DNA of 64,000 nucleotides from Anthoceros angustus (taxonomy: Eukaryota > Plantae > Anthocerotophyta), in the NCBI GenBank assembly GCA_010909165.1, contig MU008198.1, positions 340,216 through 404,215 of the forward strand, given 5' to 3'. The notes beneath the pieces are model-generated. The model was not told where the DNA came from and ran no database searches. It was given only the letters and a program-made list of their open reading frames with translations. The translations under genes and the position numbers were made by a program. Position 1 is the stretch's first letter; each line of letters opens with the position of its first letter. Shown here in pieces: positions 11,861 through 25,259 of the stretch.

Positions 11861-14724
11861 GTTCCTGCCCTTGATTCATAAATCTCAGGAGTTTTCATGT
11901 ACTTCGCCCATGACGTGCAAAGCAATGCACAGAATGTCACGAACTGAAACCATATTAATGTGGTGTTAAATGCAGGTTTGAGGGTTTGAGGAAGACCCAA
12001 GACTGTTGGAGCTCTCAAGGGCCATGTTCAACTTGGGGAAATGAGCAAATCTATCTACCTGCATGAACCTGCGTGAGTGTGTTGAGCACTACAGAAACTC
12101 ACTTATATACTCAAGGCGTGACCAGCGGTCCTACCTATTACGCCTCTGGCGTTCTACCGACTTGGCCCTTGGAATTCTATCTGATGGCTGTCTATCTACT
12201 AAAGTAGCACTCGCCTGAATCTGTAACAAGTGAGCAGCGACTGTGCGGGAGAGGGTCAAGGGCCGGGCCTTCAACAATTAACATCAGCAGGGTGTTGACA
12301 TCCTTTGAGGAAGGAGGCTATGGAGAGTCTGTTGAGTGTTGGAAAGGCTTCCCTGATTTTGGGAAAGTTCCAGTACCCTTGCTGGACGTGGTTCAATTCC
12401 TTTGCAGTTTAGAAAATTGTTTGGAGTGTCTCTTCAGTGTTGGAAAGGCTCCCTGGTTTTGGGAAAGCTCCGTTGCTGGACGTGATTCAATTCTTTGTAA
12501 ACTAGAACTTCTTTGTATTGTGATCATGATGTCTTTAGAAAAAATTAAACAATGCAAATCTTTGTCAAAGAAGAGTACTTCCAGAATTCTACAGACTCTT
12601 CAGCGGTGGTGATGCTTCTAAGCACGTCCTGCTGGAACATCACTATGTGCTCCCTATGATAATGGCTGAAGTGGATGAATTCTCACCTGCACCTGATCCC
12701 CAGGACAAGGCTGGCCTGATGTGAGAAATTCTACTGCTAAGACAATGAGATCGAAGCTCATCGATGCAGGAATATTTGTTCGCAGGGACCAGACGGTGGC
12801 ACAAGCCAGCGACAGGGGCTTTTGGGTACCAACAAGTTACGTGTTCCATCCCTTCACAAGTCTAATCCGAGCTAAGACAGTGGCATGCCCGAGTAGTGGT
12901 GCTGCTCCCAAGGGACCGGCTGTATCAATATTTGCTGCTACACCTGTGGATTCCGGGGTCAGATCAGCTTGGATTGCAACTGAGTAGTCTCTTTCTGGCC
13001 ACGTCTATTTTCTCCCAGTTGTTAATTTCCCGCTTTGCCCTGCGTATTCTTTCTGCGTGTTGGACTTCCTTGACATTCTCCTGGATTGAGTCTTGCAGGT
13101 CATGTCTGAAGCTTCTCGAGGCTTCGCTCTCAAACTCCCTTGTTGAAATGAGGCCATCAAGGCAGCCAAATTTCGCTGTCTTAGACACGTACGAGTGGTC
13201 CTGGTCAAGCTTGGCTCCAGTTTAGAGTGGACTGTCTTCTTTGTTCCAGCTTGGTTGCTAGTCCAGGTTGCCTATGCTTTGTGTCATGATCAGCTTTAGT
13301 TTTGCAAGAGATGTACAGGACACATGCCATGTGGGTCGTTTTGCCTCAAGAATCCTGCAGCAAAAGAGACTCTTAATGGTTTGAAGGTATGTTTGTAGGC
13401 ACTAGCTTGAAGTAAATGGGCATACCCATCCTTGTGTTACATAAGCCCAGTATGCTGAGTTTGCATTCAATTGAATATCCCGACACCGATCACGCTACCT
13501 TGTGAGGTCGTCAGGATTTCGACCGGTAATAGCTTCGTCCCCAAGGGTGGCTTGCGGGCTTGAATAATGCCAAATATAACATACTCATACATTCATCAAC
13601 ATGCCATGACGTCCATTGGGGTCCCTCAGGAGCTTGGGCATTGGAAAGCAGTCCCCAAAACCTGGTTAAGCTTTAGGGTGTATCACCAAGCGACATGAAA
13701 TTTTCAATGTGGTTCTTCTCCATATTTTCAACGTGCTTCCGGAATGGTTTCAAAGCGAAGAAAAGTGTCACTTCCAAGGGCGCTGCACCCGAGATACGCA
13801 CATGTGCACTTCGCACTCGTTCTTTCGCCTGCCCGTCCGTCCGTGCCGCCCGGAAGCCTGCCCGCCCATCCGCCCTCGTCGTGTGAATCTGCACCCCACC
13901 CTGAGCCTTCTCCTTGAGGTGCTAGTGCTGTGCTTCGATTTGCCTTGCCGTGCGTTGCTCTTCCTCGGTCATGACCCCGCTCTGTTCCCTAGTCTGCCTT
14001 GCATCGCTGTTAATTGTTTGCAAGCGGAATTTGCCAGCTTCCTCCTTGAGCTCGTGCTGTGGGAACCTCAAGCTGCAAGCTTACCCTGCTAGCACTGTTG
14101 GCTCCGCCGCCGGTACTGGTTTGTCGAGCGCATTGCTTGGCTTGTTGGGGTTACACGTTGCCGAGCCGCTTGCGTAAAGCTGCTGCTGAGATTTTCAGCT
14201 TGAGACCCGGCTCGAGATCCGGCTTGAGTTAATCCACCACGCCTCCACAGCAAGGTCCCCTCGGCTTTGTGCAGTCTTCAGCCGCTGAAGTTCAGGTGGT
14301 TCCTGCCCCGAGGTGAGCTCCCCTCTGCCCTGCCCTTGTCCTACGTTGTTTCTCCGCTGTTGTGTAGCCTAGCGGTGCAATGCTTTCGCGCGCGCATCCA
14401 TATCCGTATCGGCAGCAGCCGCGCTAGCTTGTGTCCGTCCTTCTGTCGTGTTCGTTTGTTTCTGTGCTGCGTCGGGCTCGCCCTGTCGGACCCTTTCATA
14501 CATATGTACATAGTTTATAGCATGATGGGAGTTTGACTCATGCTGATGTTTAGGGTTCTTGCGCAGTTGTCGTTGTCGGAGAAAAGGTTGTTTCCTTTTT
14601 CCTGCTCAGAGACATGAAGATGGTGATGGTGCTCCCTTCTGTTAGCTAAAAGAACTGTGTCGGTGGATACATTTGGTTTCACGTGCGTGTGCAGACGACA
14701 GATCGAGCGAGAAAGGAAGGTGAA

Positions 14725-16712
14725 ATGGCTTCAGTCAGCCGGCCTTCAGCTGGGCATGGACATAGGCATGGTCATGGCTGGAGCGTGGCACATTCTTCCA
14801 GAACGTACAATGTCGACGGATGGGGTGCCCCATACTTTAAAATCAACGACATGGGGCACATGTGTGCAGCCTCACGGGCAGGACAGGCAGCCCGGAGAGG
14901 AGATTGACCTGGCAGGAGGCCGTGGAGCATATCGTGGGCAGGGCTGGCTCCCGGGTCGGGCACCACCTCATCATCCAGTTCCCCGACATTCTGAGGCACA
15001 GGCTTCACACTTTGAACCATGCCTTTGTTGAGGCCATGGCCAGACCGGGCTACAATGGAGTGTTCCGTGGGGTTTTCCCATGAAGTGCAACCCCGACCGG
15101 CAGATCATGGAGGACATCCTGGACTGCGGAGGGAATTCGACTACGGCCTGGAAGCGGGGTCGGAGCCGGAACTTCTCTCGGCGATGGCATATCTCTGCAA
15201 CGCCAGCCCCGAGCTTTTCTGATCTGTAATGGTTACAAGGACGTAGAGTACATCGCCCTTGCCCTGACAGCCAGGAAGATGCTGCTCAATTCCATCATCG
15301 TGTTGGAGCAAGAGCAGGAGTTGGACATCGTGGTGGCAGCCAGCCGGGACATGGACGTGAAGCCCATCATGGGCTTGAGGCCGAAGGTCAGCACGAAGCA
15401 CAGTGGTCATTATAGGGAGGAGACGTCTGGGGATGATCCCAAGTTCGGACTGACATCCCGGAAATTGTGAGGGTGGTGGGCAAGCTGAGGGATCTGGGCA
15501 TGCTGGACTGCTTGCAGCTGCTCCATGTTCACATCGGATCGAACATCTCGGGGCTGATCAGAGTTGTGAGGGAGGGAGTCTTTGAGGCGGCACACATCTT
15601 CTGCGAGCCGTCTTTGTTGGAGCCCCATGAGCATCATCCACATCGGAGGGGCTCGATCGGTGTGGACTTTGACGGTTCTCATTCCGAGAACTCGGACCTC
15701 CATGGGGTACAGTGTGGAGGAGTACGCGGAGGTGGTGGTTGAGGCCATCCGAGGTGCATGCCAGCTCAAGAATGTGCAGCAGCCCACTCTGTGCTGTGAG
15801 ACTGGGCGGGCCCTGGTGTCGTATCACTCGGTAGTTCGATGTGCTTGCGGGCGACAGGAGGGACTATCTGTCCAGGGAGGTGTTGCTGGGTTCCGGGACC
15901 AGCTGGAGATTCTTCACAGGGGCCTGCGGAAGAAATGGGCGTCCATAGAGCTGTACTGTGACGTCCTGGATCTGTGTTTGGCTATTCGTGCAGGCTGCCC
16001 TGATCATGACGACGTTGTCGACCACTACGACCTCATTGCGATTGCTCTGAAGACTGCTGGCAGGATGAGGGCCGAGTGTGCCCACCTTTTCGACACCGGA
16101 GCTGTGAAGCTGGAGGTTCGTGCAGTCATGGACAGCATCTATGAAGTGCTGGTGACAGCGGAGGAGCACACAAGGTACCTGCGCGGAGTAGTGTCTAATG
16201 CAGCGTCGTTCACGTCTCCGGCAGCTGCAAACTGCAATTGCAGGAGGGAACGCCGGACCCCGAAGCCCCCACTCACAAAGCGACCTACTACATTAATTTG
16301 AGTGTGGTGAGATCTTTGCCAGACTACTGGGCTTTGGGACAGCTGTTCCGATTATGCCCCTGCAGCGACTGGAGGAGGAGCCCACCACCCGCGCCATCCT
16401 TTGCGACTTCACTTGTGACAGCGCTGGCAAGGTGTGCAAGTTCATCGGGAAGGATGTATGGCAACCATAAAGGAATACATGGAGGTGCACCCTTGCAGCA
16501 AGCCCTACTACATGGGCATCTTCCTTGCAGGTGCTTATCAGGAGATCCTCGGGAACATGTACAAAGTTCTGTTCGGCAACAGCAGTACTGTGCGGGTTAC
16601 ACAGAAGACGACGGGAGAGGTAAGTTATGACATTGAGGAGTCAGCTGTCCCAGGCCACGCTCAGATCGCTGATGTCGATCGGCTCATGCTGTATGAGCCC
16701 AACAATGCATGA
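14725..16712 (+). pseudogene. ADC: Arginine decarboxylase pseudogene, copy A (intronless, ~660 codons, multiple frameshifts)
   Basis: YNVDGWGAPYF, FPMKCN (PLP lysine), GLEAGSEPEL, CNGYKDVEY, IVLEQEQEL, KFGLT, LLHVHIGS, CETGRALVSYHS, YYINLSVVRSLPDYWALGQLF, TCDSAG, GAYQEILG. Several lesions are shared with copy B. Confidence 0.93.
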
Positions 16713-16829
16713 AGGACCCGGGTTGAGGAAACCAGACCCGAGGGCCACCTAACCCCTGCTGGCCAGGCAAGCTCTGAATTCCGTGCAAGACATGCTGTTT
16801 GCGCATGTTATTTCGGAGCTTTTGATGAT

Positions 16830-17740
16830 GATCTGCTGCAAGCCACTATCTCAGTCCCAAGCTGGACAGTTTCTGTCTTCACCTAGCTGGATTTTTAAGC
16901 TGCCACAGTTTGTATACATCTTTCATCAAACTGCTGCCTACAAACACATCCGCCTCATATATGTCCTAGTCCTCTGATTTGCGAATGAAGCTGCCTTACG
17001 TCCCCGACTGCACAGCTGGGGTGCATACACTTGCACATGCCTGCAAGAGACGCAGAAATGCTACCAAGGCATTTGCCTAGCTCTACCAAAGCACCTTCCG
17101 AGCAGCTTCAAGCTGCCACTTTGCGAACATGTTCACCAAGCTGCTGGCTACAAGCACATCAGCCTGATGTCCTCGTTCTCTAATTCCCCATGATCATATC
17201 GATCCTTTCCCATGTCCAAACCCAGGGTGCCCACACTTGCACATGCCTGCAAGAAGCATACAAGCGTCACAGAATGAAGAACAGTCCTCCCTCCATCTCG
17301 CATAGCGCTAGTCTGTATAGAAGGAGGGCTTCCTGACCCATGCCCGCGACGAATATCCTGCTATCATGACAGTCCAATTAGTCACCGCATCTTCCTGTCC
17401 AAAGTCCCTCAAACACTCTGCCGAGCTGCCACACTTGGCATACATGTTCACCAGACAAACACAGACAACCAAATCATCCACAAGCGCACTGTTCAAGCAA
17501 GTCATCATGCAGCTGCTGCCCAGAATCTAAGTGTGAGCTGGCCCTTGCACAGGCCTGATTGATGGCTATCAAATACATGGGGCGCTCATCCAACTTAGGG
17601 GCTGCACGCTTGCCCTTGCTGCCCTGCTCAGGGTCCACAGGAGCCAAGGCAGACTGCCGACATGCATCTGCGTGTTCATCCCTAGCTGCATATGCACAGC
17701 AGTACAGAACGCATTCTTGCTCGTTCATGAGGAGGTGTAG
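16830..17740 (-). pseudogene. PLS-class PPR pseudogene fragment, copy A
   Basis: DLVVCVCLVNMYAKCGS..TNWTVMIAGY and DVLVASSLVNMFAK; interrupted by stops and frameshifts. Confidence 0.85.
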
Positions 17741-18257
17741 CATTACAGAGTCTGATCTGTTGAGAGTTCAAGTGCTGCGAGTGTGGGGCATACTCATGAG
17801 GTCCTGAAACATATGACCCTCACGAAAATTACTCTGTTCCAGCTAGAAATTACTCTGTTCAGCCTGGCTTTCTCTGGAGGGTAAAGCTGTCAGTGTTGTA
17901 TCTCTTTCGGTGTTGTATATGATATCAATTGCAATAATCATATGTATCCATGTAATCTTCATATACATATATAAACAAGGATGTTGTAGGAGAAATACAG
18001 CAGACATGCCAGGTGCATCAATCGTTCCTGCAGAATCCTGCAGCAAGAAGAAACTAGTGATGGTTTGAGGTATGCTGTGCTACGCGTGACACTTGTGGCG
18101 GTGCCCACCAGAACATAAGGTCCCAGCTAGATAGACGTGACCCCAACATAATGCATTAGACACCATAGTCTCCTTTTGTGGACCAGCTAACCTCGCCCCA
18201 ATGTCAATCTTTCCCACAGGTGGTTATCTTAATGCAGAGAGCTCCAAGGAAACACAT

Positions 18258-18344
18258 GCCGTCAGGAAAGGAAACACATGCTGCAAGAGCTTGGATCTCA
18301 GCCGGCCCATCTCGTTTGCTTCTCCGTGAACCAGAATAATATTA
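18258..18344 (-). pseudogene. Captured CPSF73 fragment, copy B
   Basis: Same fragment as at 10258, plus a short extra GCCGTCAGGAAA piece that also matches CPSF73. Confidence 0.92.
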
Positions 18345-19691
18345 ATGTAGGTATGCCAAAGTAGCATGATAAGCCTCATCATGGCCTGAAGCTCACAGAA
18401 AGAGTTTACCGTGCAGCCAAGGTCAGGGCTTTCAGCCCAACCAAATACCCATCACTCAAATTACCAAAACACAGTTGGCACCCATCTTGAGCCTCTCGGC
18501 AATTCGGAAGAACTCTCTGATGGATGCATGCATACATGCCTGCTGCACAATCATCTTGTTCAGACTTGAAGCACACGTCTCTTGACATGTGCTCATCATG
18601 TCTTGCAGCAGACAGAGAGCGGTGCCTCTGGTGATAGCCACGACAACGCTGATGGTGGGTGAACATACGTGCATACAGCTTTCATTGTTGGCCGCAGATA
18701 GAATCTCTGTGTGAGGCATATGGGATCCGTTCCCGTACATAGATGTGCTCTACATACTGATTGGGTGTGCTAAACTTGGAGCAAAGGATTCAGAGGAGGA
18801 ATTGGAGCCACCACGTGGTTTCCTTCCTTGTTTTCACATGATGAATTCGAGTGCCAAGGAAGATATGGAGTGCAATGGACCTCCATCAGACTGAGTGGGT
18901 GGTCCACAATGTTACAGTGCTGCCGCAATTAATTTTGTATTAGACGACAATACGTGCGAGATATGTACATGCCGCCGGTGTGGCTGCAGGCGTACCTGAA
19001 ATATTGAAAAAGACCATGTTGCTAGGCTATGACCATGCTGCTCCAACTAGTGCCCATCCATGCTGCTAGCCTAAAGTGGTCGGCAGGAAGCGGGAGGCGC
19101 AAAAAGCACTCTTGTAGAGCCCACAAATATTGGAGGGAGGAGGCAAAACATGCATGCATGGACGATTGTCAGGCCTGGAAACAGTACCGAAATTGGCTTG
19201 GCACCTGGTCAACAATGCAGTCATGTCATCTGGTCAGTGTATCTATCTCGTCAACATTGGCTTCTGCCATGAGAATCTGAGCAAAGTCTGTACTACCTGG
19301 CCATCACTAGACATCCAAACCCGTAGAAGGAAAAATATCGATGTACAACATTGTAAGGAAAGTGGCGGCTGAAGCGGGTCGTAACCTCGCAATAGACTGG
19401 TGTAAGTAAGTATATAATGGGAGGACTCGTTTTCCGGGTGAGCCGGACTCCATTGTGCGAGTTCAAAAGTGCGAGATACTAGGGTTTCCGGACATCGGCA
19501 AGCCCGTTAATTCAGGGTTCGGCGGGATTGTGTCCTGCGGCTTCCGTTCTCTGCTGGTGCCACCAGAAAGCAGAAAGCAGGCGGCTGGGGTTGGAAGACC
19601 TGACCAAAGCGGGGATCGATATGGCGCGACCTGGACAGCAGCAAGCGCAGCAGGGAGCGATGGCTGGAGGTGACGGCAACAGGAGGGGCCC

Positions 19692-20286
19692 GTGTTGGAT
19701 AGGGCCTACTTCTGTAGCATGGGCCTGAGTGACACAGGCCTTGATCCAAGGAAGTCCCATGCCTGGGACGGAATTGTGACTCGCCAGGACGTGGTGGACG
19801 AGTTCGGTTGGACCGGCAAGGGTCTCGTCAACCTCCGAAAGGCGCGCACAATAGAGCGCCAATTTCTCAGAGACTTAAGGAACAAGGTGTATCCCTATCA
19901 AAACGCGAACTGGAGTCAAGCTAGCGTTGCTTTTGCAATAGGCGCCATCGCCTCCCACAGGCGTCTGCAGGTGGACTGGGCAACCTTCGCCTTCCAGACC
20001 CAGTTTATGGGCAGATTGGCGAAGAGCACAAGAAGAGCCTACGTGCCTGTGAGTATGGCTGATCCCAAGCAAGGATACGGAGAGGTCGCCGGGAATGCTC
20101 CCGATGTGGCGCGGAAGGTGGAACATGAGACCCGACCTCAGGGAATGCCTGTTTGCACGGGCCAGGAGGAAGCGCGCGGATGAGTCCGAGTCCAAATCTC
20201 ACTCCGAGATGGACGCGGGATTAAGCAGGCCCAGCGCCTCCGGGGTCTCGTCCAGAACCTCCGTGTCCAGCTGCTTCTCCCGGTGA
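19692..20286 (+). pseudogene. Orphan ORF, copy B (1-bp frameshift near 20093)
   Basis: Same sequence as 11267-11860, split across ORFs 19692-20183 and 20095-20286. Confidence 0.45.
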
Positions 20287-23160
20287 GTTCCTGCCCTTGA
20301 TTCATAAATCTCAGGAGTTTTCATGTACTTCGCCCATGACGTGCAAAGCAATGCACAGAATGTCACGAACTGAAACCATATTAATGTGGTGTTAAATGCA
20401 GGTTTGAGGGTTTGAGGAAGACCCAAGACTGTTGGAGCTCTCAAGGGCCATGTTCAACTTGGGGAAATGAGCAAATCTATCTACCTGCATGAACCTGCGT
20501 GAGTGTGTTGAGCACTACAGAAACTCACTTATATACTCAAGGCGTGACCAGCGGTCCTACCTATTACGCCTCTGGCGTTCTACCGACTTGGCCCTTGGAA
20601 TTCTATCTGATGGCTGTCTATCTACTAAAGTAGCACTCGCCTGAATCTGTAACAAGTGAGCAGCGACTGTGCGGGGAGAGGGTCAAGGGGCCGGGCCTTC
20701 AACAATTAACATCAGCAGGGTGTTGACATCCTTTGAGGAAGGAGGCTATGGAGAGTCTGTTGAGTGTTGGAAAGGCTTCCCTGATTTTGGGGAAAGTTCC
20801 AGTACCCTTGCTGGACGTGGTTCAATTCCTTTGCAGTTTAGAAAATTGTTTGGAGTGTCTCTTCAGTGTTGGAAAGGCTCCCTGGTTTTGGGGAAAGCTC
20901 CGTTGCTGGACGTGATTCAATTCTTTGTAAACTAGAACTTCTTTGTATTGTGATCATGATGTCTTTAGAAAAAATTAAACAATGCAAATCTTTGTCAAAG
21001 AAGAGTACTTCCAGAATTCTACAGACTCTTCAGCGGTGGTGATGCTTCTAAGCACGTCCTGCTGGAACATCACTATGTGCTCCCTATGATAATGGCTGAA
21101 GTGGATGAATTCTCACCTGCACCTGATCCCCAGGACAAGGCTGGCCTGATGTGAGAAATTCTACTGCTAAGACAATGAGATCGAAGCTCATCGATGCAGG
21201 AATATTTGTTCGCAGGGACCAGACGGTGGCACAAGCCAGCGACAGGGGCTTTGGGTACCAACAAGTTACGTGTTCCATCCCTTCACAAGTCTAATCCGAG
21301 CTAAGACAGTGGCATGCCTGAGTAGTGGTGCTGCTCCCAAGGGAACGGCTGTATCAATATTTGCTGCTACACCTGTGGATTCCGGGGTCAGATCAGCTTG
21401 GATTGCAACTGAGTAGTCTCTTTCTGGCCACGTCTATTTTCTCCCAGTTGTTAATTTCCCGCTTTGCCCTGCGTATTCTTTCTGCGTGTTGGACTTCCTT
21501 GACATTCTCCTGGATTGAGTCTTGCAGGTCATGTCTGAAGCTTCTCGAGGCTTCGCTCTCAAACTCCCTTGTTGAAATGAGGCCATCAAGGCAGCCAAAT
21601 TTCGCTGTCTTAGACACGTACGAGTGGTCCTGGTCAAGCTTGGCTCCAGTTTAGAGTGGACTGTCTTCTTTGTTCCAGCTTGGTTGCTAGTCCAGGTTGC
21701 CTATGCTTTGTGTCATGATCAGCTTTAGTTTTGCAAGAGATGTACAGGACACATGCCATGTGGGTCGTTTTGCCTCAAGAATCCTGCAGCAAAAGAGACT
21801 CTTAATGGTTTGAAGGTATGTTTGTAGGCACTAGCTTGAAGTAAATGGGCATACCCATCCTTGTGTTACATAAGCCCAGTATGCTGAGTTTGCATTCAAT
21901 TGAATATCCCGATACCGATCACGCTACCTTGTGAGGTCGTCAGGATTTCGACCGGTAATAGCTTCGTCCCCAAGGGTGGCTTGCGGGCTTGAATAATGCC
22001 AAATACAACATACTCATACATTCATCAACATGCCATGACGTCCATTGGGGTCCCTCAGGAGCTTGGGCATTGGAAGCAGTCCCCAAAACCTGGTTAAGCT
22101 TTAGGGTGTATCACCAAGCGACATGAAATTTTCAATGTGGTTCTTCTCCATAAATTTTCAACGTGCTTCCGGAATGGTTTCAAAGAGAAGAAAAGTGTCA
22201 CTTCCAAGGGCGCTGCACCCGAGATACGCACATATGCACTTCGCACTCTTTCTTTCGCCTGCCCGTCCGTCCGTACGCCCGGAAGCCTGCCCGCCCATCC
22301 GCCCTCGTCGTGTGAATCTGCACCCCACCCTGAGCCTTCTCCTTGAGGTGCTAGTGCTGTGCTTCGATTTGCCTTGCCGTGCGTTGCTCTTCCTCGGTCA
22401 TGACCCCGCTCTGTTCCCTAGTCTGCCTTGCATCGCTGTTAATTGTTTGCAAGCGGAATTTGCCAGCTTCCTCCTTGAGCTCGTGCTGTGGGAACCTCAA
22501 GCTGCAAGCTTACCTGCTAGCACTGTTGGCTCTCCGCCGCCGGCACTGGTTTGTCGAGCGCATTGCTTGGCTGTTGGGGTTACACGTTGCCGAGCCGCTT
22601 GCGTAAAGCTGCTGCTGCTGAGATTTTCAGCTTGAGACCCGGCTCGAGATCCGGCTTGACTTAATCCACCACGCCTCCACAGCAAGGTCCCCTCGGCTTT
22701 GTGCAGTCTTCAGCCGCTGAAGTTCAGGTGGTTCCTGCCCCCGAGGTGAGCTCCCCCTCTGCCCTGCCCTTGTCCTACGTTGTTTCTCCGCTGTTGTGTA
22801 GCCTAGCGGTGCAATGCTTTCGCGCGCGCATCCATATCCGTATCGGCAGCAGCCGCGCTAGCTTGTGTCCGTCCTTCTGTCGTGTTCGTTTGTTTCTGTG
22901 CTGCGGCGGGCCTGCCCTGTCGGACCCTTTCATACATATGTACATAGTTTATAGCATGATGGGGAGTTTGACTCATGCTGATGTTTAGGGTTCTTGCGTG
23001 CAGTTGTCGTTGTCGGAGAAAAGGTTGTTTCCTTTTTCCTGCTTAGAGACATGAAGATGGTGATGGTGCTCCTTCTGTTAGCTAAAAGAACTGTGTCGGT
23101 GGATACATTTGGTTTCACGTGCGTGTGCAGAAGACAGATCGAGCGAGAAAGGAAGGTGAA

Positions 23161-25145
23161 ATGGCTTCAGTCAGCCAGCCTTCAGCTGGGCATGGACATA
23201 GGCATGGTCATGGCTGGAGCGTGGCACATTCTTCCAGAACGTCCAATGTCGACGGATGGGGTGCCCCATACTTTAAAATCAACGACATGGGGCACATGTG
23301 TGTGCAGCCTCACGGGCAGGACAGGCAGCCCGGAGAGGAGATTGACCTGCAGGAGGCCGTGGAGCATATCGTGGGCAGGGCTAGCTCCCGGGTCGGGCAC
23401 CACCTCATCATCCAGTTCCCCGACATTCTGAGGCACAGGCTTCACACTTTGAACCATGCCTTTGTTGAGGCCATGGCCAGACCGGGCTACAATGGAGTGT
23501 TCCGTGGGGTTTTGCCCATGAAGTGCAACCCCGACCGGCAGATCATGGAGGACATCCTGGACTGCGGGAGGGAATTCGACTACGGCCTGGAAGCGGGTCG
23601 GAGCCGGAACTTCTCGGCGATGGCATATCTCTGCAACGCCAGCCCCGAGCTTTTCTGATCTGTAATGGTTACAAGGACGTAGAGTACATCGCCCTGCCCT
23701 GACAGCCAGGAAGATGCTGCTCAAGTCCATCATCGTGTTGGAGCAAGAGCAGGAGTTGGACATCGTGGTGGCAGCCAGCCGGGACATGGACGTGAAGCCC
23801 ATCATGGGCTTGAGGCCGAAGGTCAGCACGAAGCACAGTGATCATTATAGGGAGGAGACGTCTGGGGATGATCCCAAGTTCGGTCTGACATCCCCGGAAA
23901 TTGTGAGGGTGGTGGGCAAGCTGAGGGATCGGGGCATGCTGGACTGCTTGCAGCTGCTCCATGTTCACATCGGATCGAACATCTCGGGGCTGATCAGGGT
24001 TGTGAGGGAGGGAGTCTTTGAGGCGGCACACATCTTCTGCGAGCCGTCTTTGTTGGAGCCCCATGAGCATCATCCACATCGGAGGGGCTCTCGATCGGTG
24101 TGGACTTTGACGGTTCTCATTCCGAGAACTCGGACCTCTCCATGGGGTACAGTGTGGAGGAGTACGCGGAGGTGGTGGTTGAGGCCATCCGAGGTGCATG
24201 CCAGCTCAAGAATGTGCAGCAGCCCACTCTGTGCTGTGAGACTGGGCGGGCCCTGGTGTCTTATCACTCGGTAGTTCGATGTGCTTGCGGGCGACAGGAG
24301 GGGACTATCTGTCCAGGAGGTGTTGCTGGGTTCCGGGACCAGCTGGAGATTCTTCACAGGGCCTGCGGAAGAAATGGGCGTCCATAGAGCTGTACTGTGA
24401 CGTCCTGGATCTGTGTTTGGCTATTCGTGCAGGCTGCCCTGATCATGACGACGTTGTCGACCACTACGACCTCATTGCGATTGCTCTGAAGACTGCTGGC
24501 AGGATGAGGCCGAGTGTGCCCACCTTTTCGACACCGGAGCTATGAAGCTGGAGGTTCATGCAGCCATGGACAGCATCTATGAAGTGCTGGTGACAGCGGA
24601 GGAGCACACAAGGTACCTGCGCGGAGTAGTGTCTAATACAGCGTCGTCCACGTCTCCGGCAGCTGCAAACTGCAATTGCAGGAGGGAACGCCGGACCCCG
24701 AAGCCCCACTCACAAAGCGACCTACTACATTAATTTGAGTGTGGTGAGATCTTTGCCAGACTACTGGGCTTTGGGACAGCTGTTCCGATTATGCCCCTGC
24801 AGCGACTGGAGGAGGAGCCCACCACCCGCGGCATCCTGTGCGACTTCACTTGTGACAGTGCTGGCAAGGTGTGCAAGTTCATCGGGAAGGATGTATGGCA
24901 ACCATAAAGGAATACATGGAGGTGCACCTTGCAGCAAGCCCTACTACATGGGCATCTTCCTTGCAGGTGCTTATCAGGAGATCCTCGGAACATGTACAAA
25001 GTTCTGTTCGGCAACAGCAGTACTGTGCGGGTTACAGAAGACGACGGGAGAGGTAAGTTATGACATTGAGGAGTCAGTTGTCCCAGGCCATGCTCAGATC
25101 GCTGATGTCGATCGGCTCATGCTGTATGAGCCCAACAATGCATGA
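23161..25145 (+). pseudogene. ADC: Arginine decarboxylase pseudogene, copy B
   Basis: Same motifs as copy A, with shared and private frameshifts. Confidence 0.93.
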
Positions 25146-25259
25146 AGGACCCGGGTTGAGGAAACCAGACCCGAGGGCCACCTAACCCCTGCTGGCCACG
25201 CAAGCTCTGAATTCAGTGCAAGACATGCTGTTTGCGCATGTTATTTCGGAGCTTTTGAT

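Larger units (their letters stand above)
9999..17991 (+). repeat. Tandem duplicon unit A (~8.0 kb; lacks a ~415 bp segment present in B and C)
   Basis: Anchor GAAATACAG.AGACATGCCA at 9999, 17992 and 26429; the sequence between anchors is colinear and near-identical. Confidence 0.97.

Noticed and set aside
23182-24199. 215 aa and 176 aa minus-strand ORFs
   Set aside because: Antisense shadows of the ADC pseudogene.
14725-25145. Bacterial speA contamination or horizontal transfer
   Set aside because: KCN, GYKD.EY and VRVTQ…VPG…YEP motifs are plant-type, and the sequence is embedded with PPR and CPSF73 pieces. Only one motif looks bacterial; it is kept as a minor finding.
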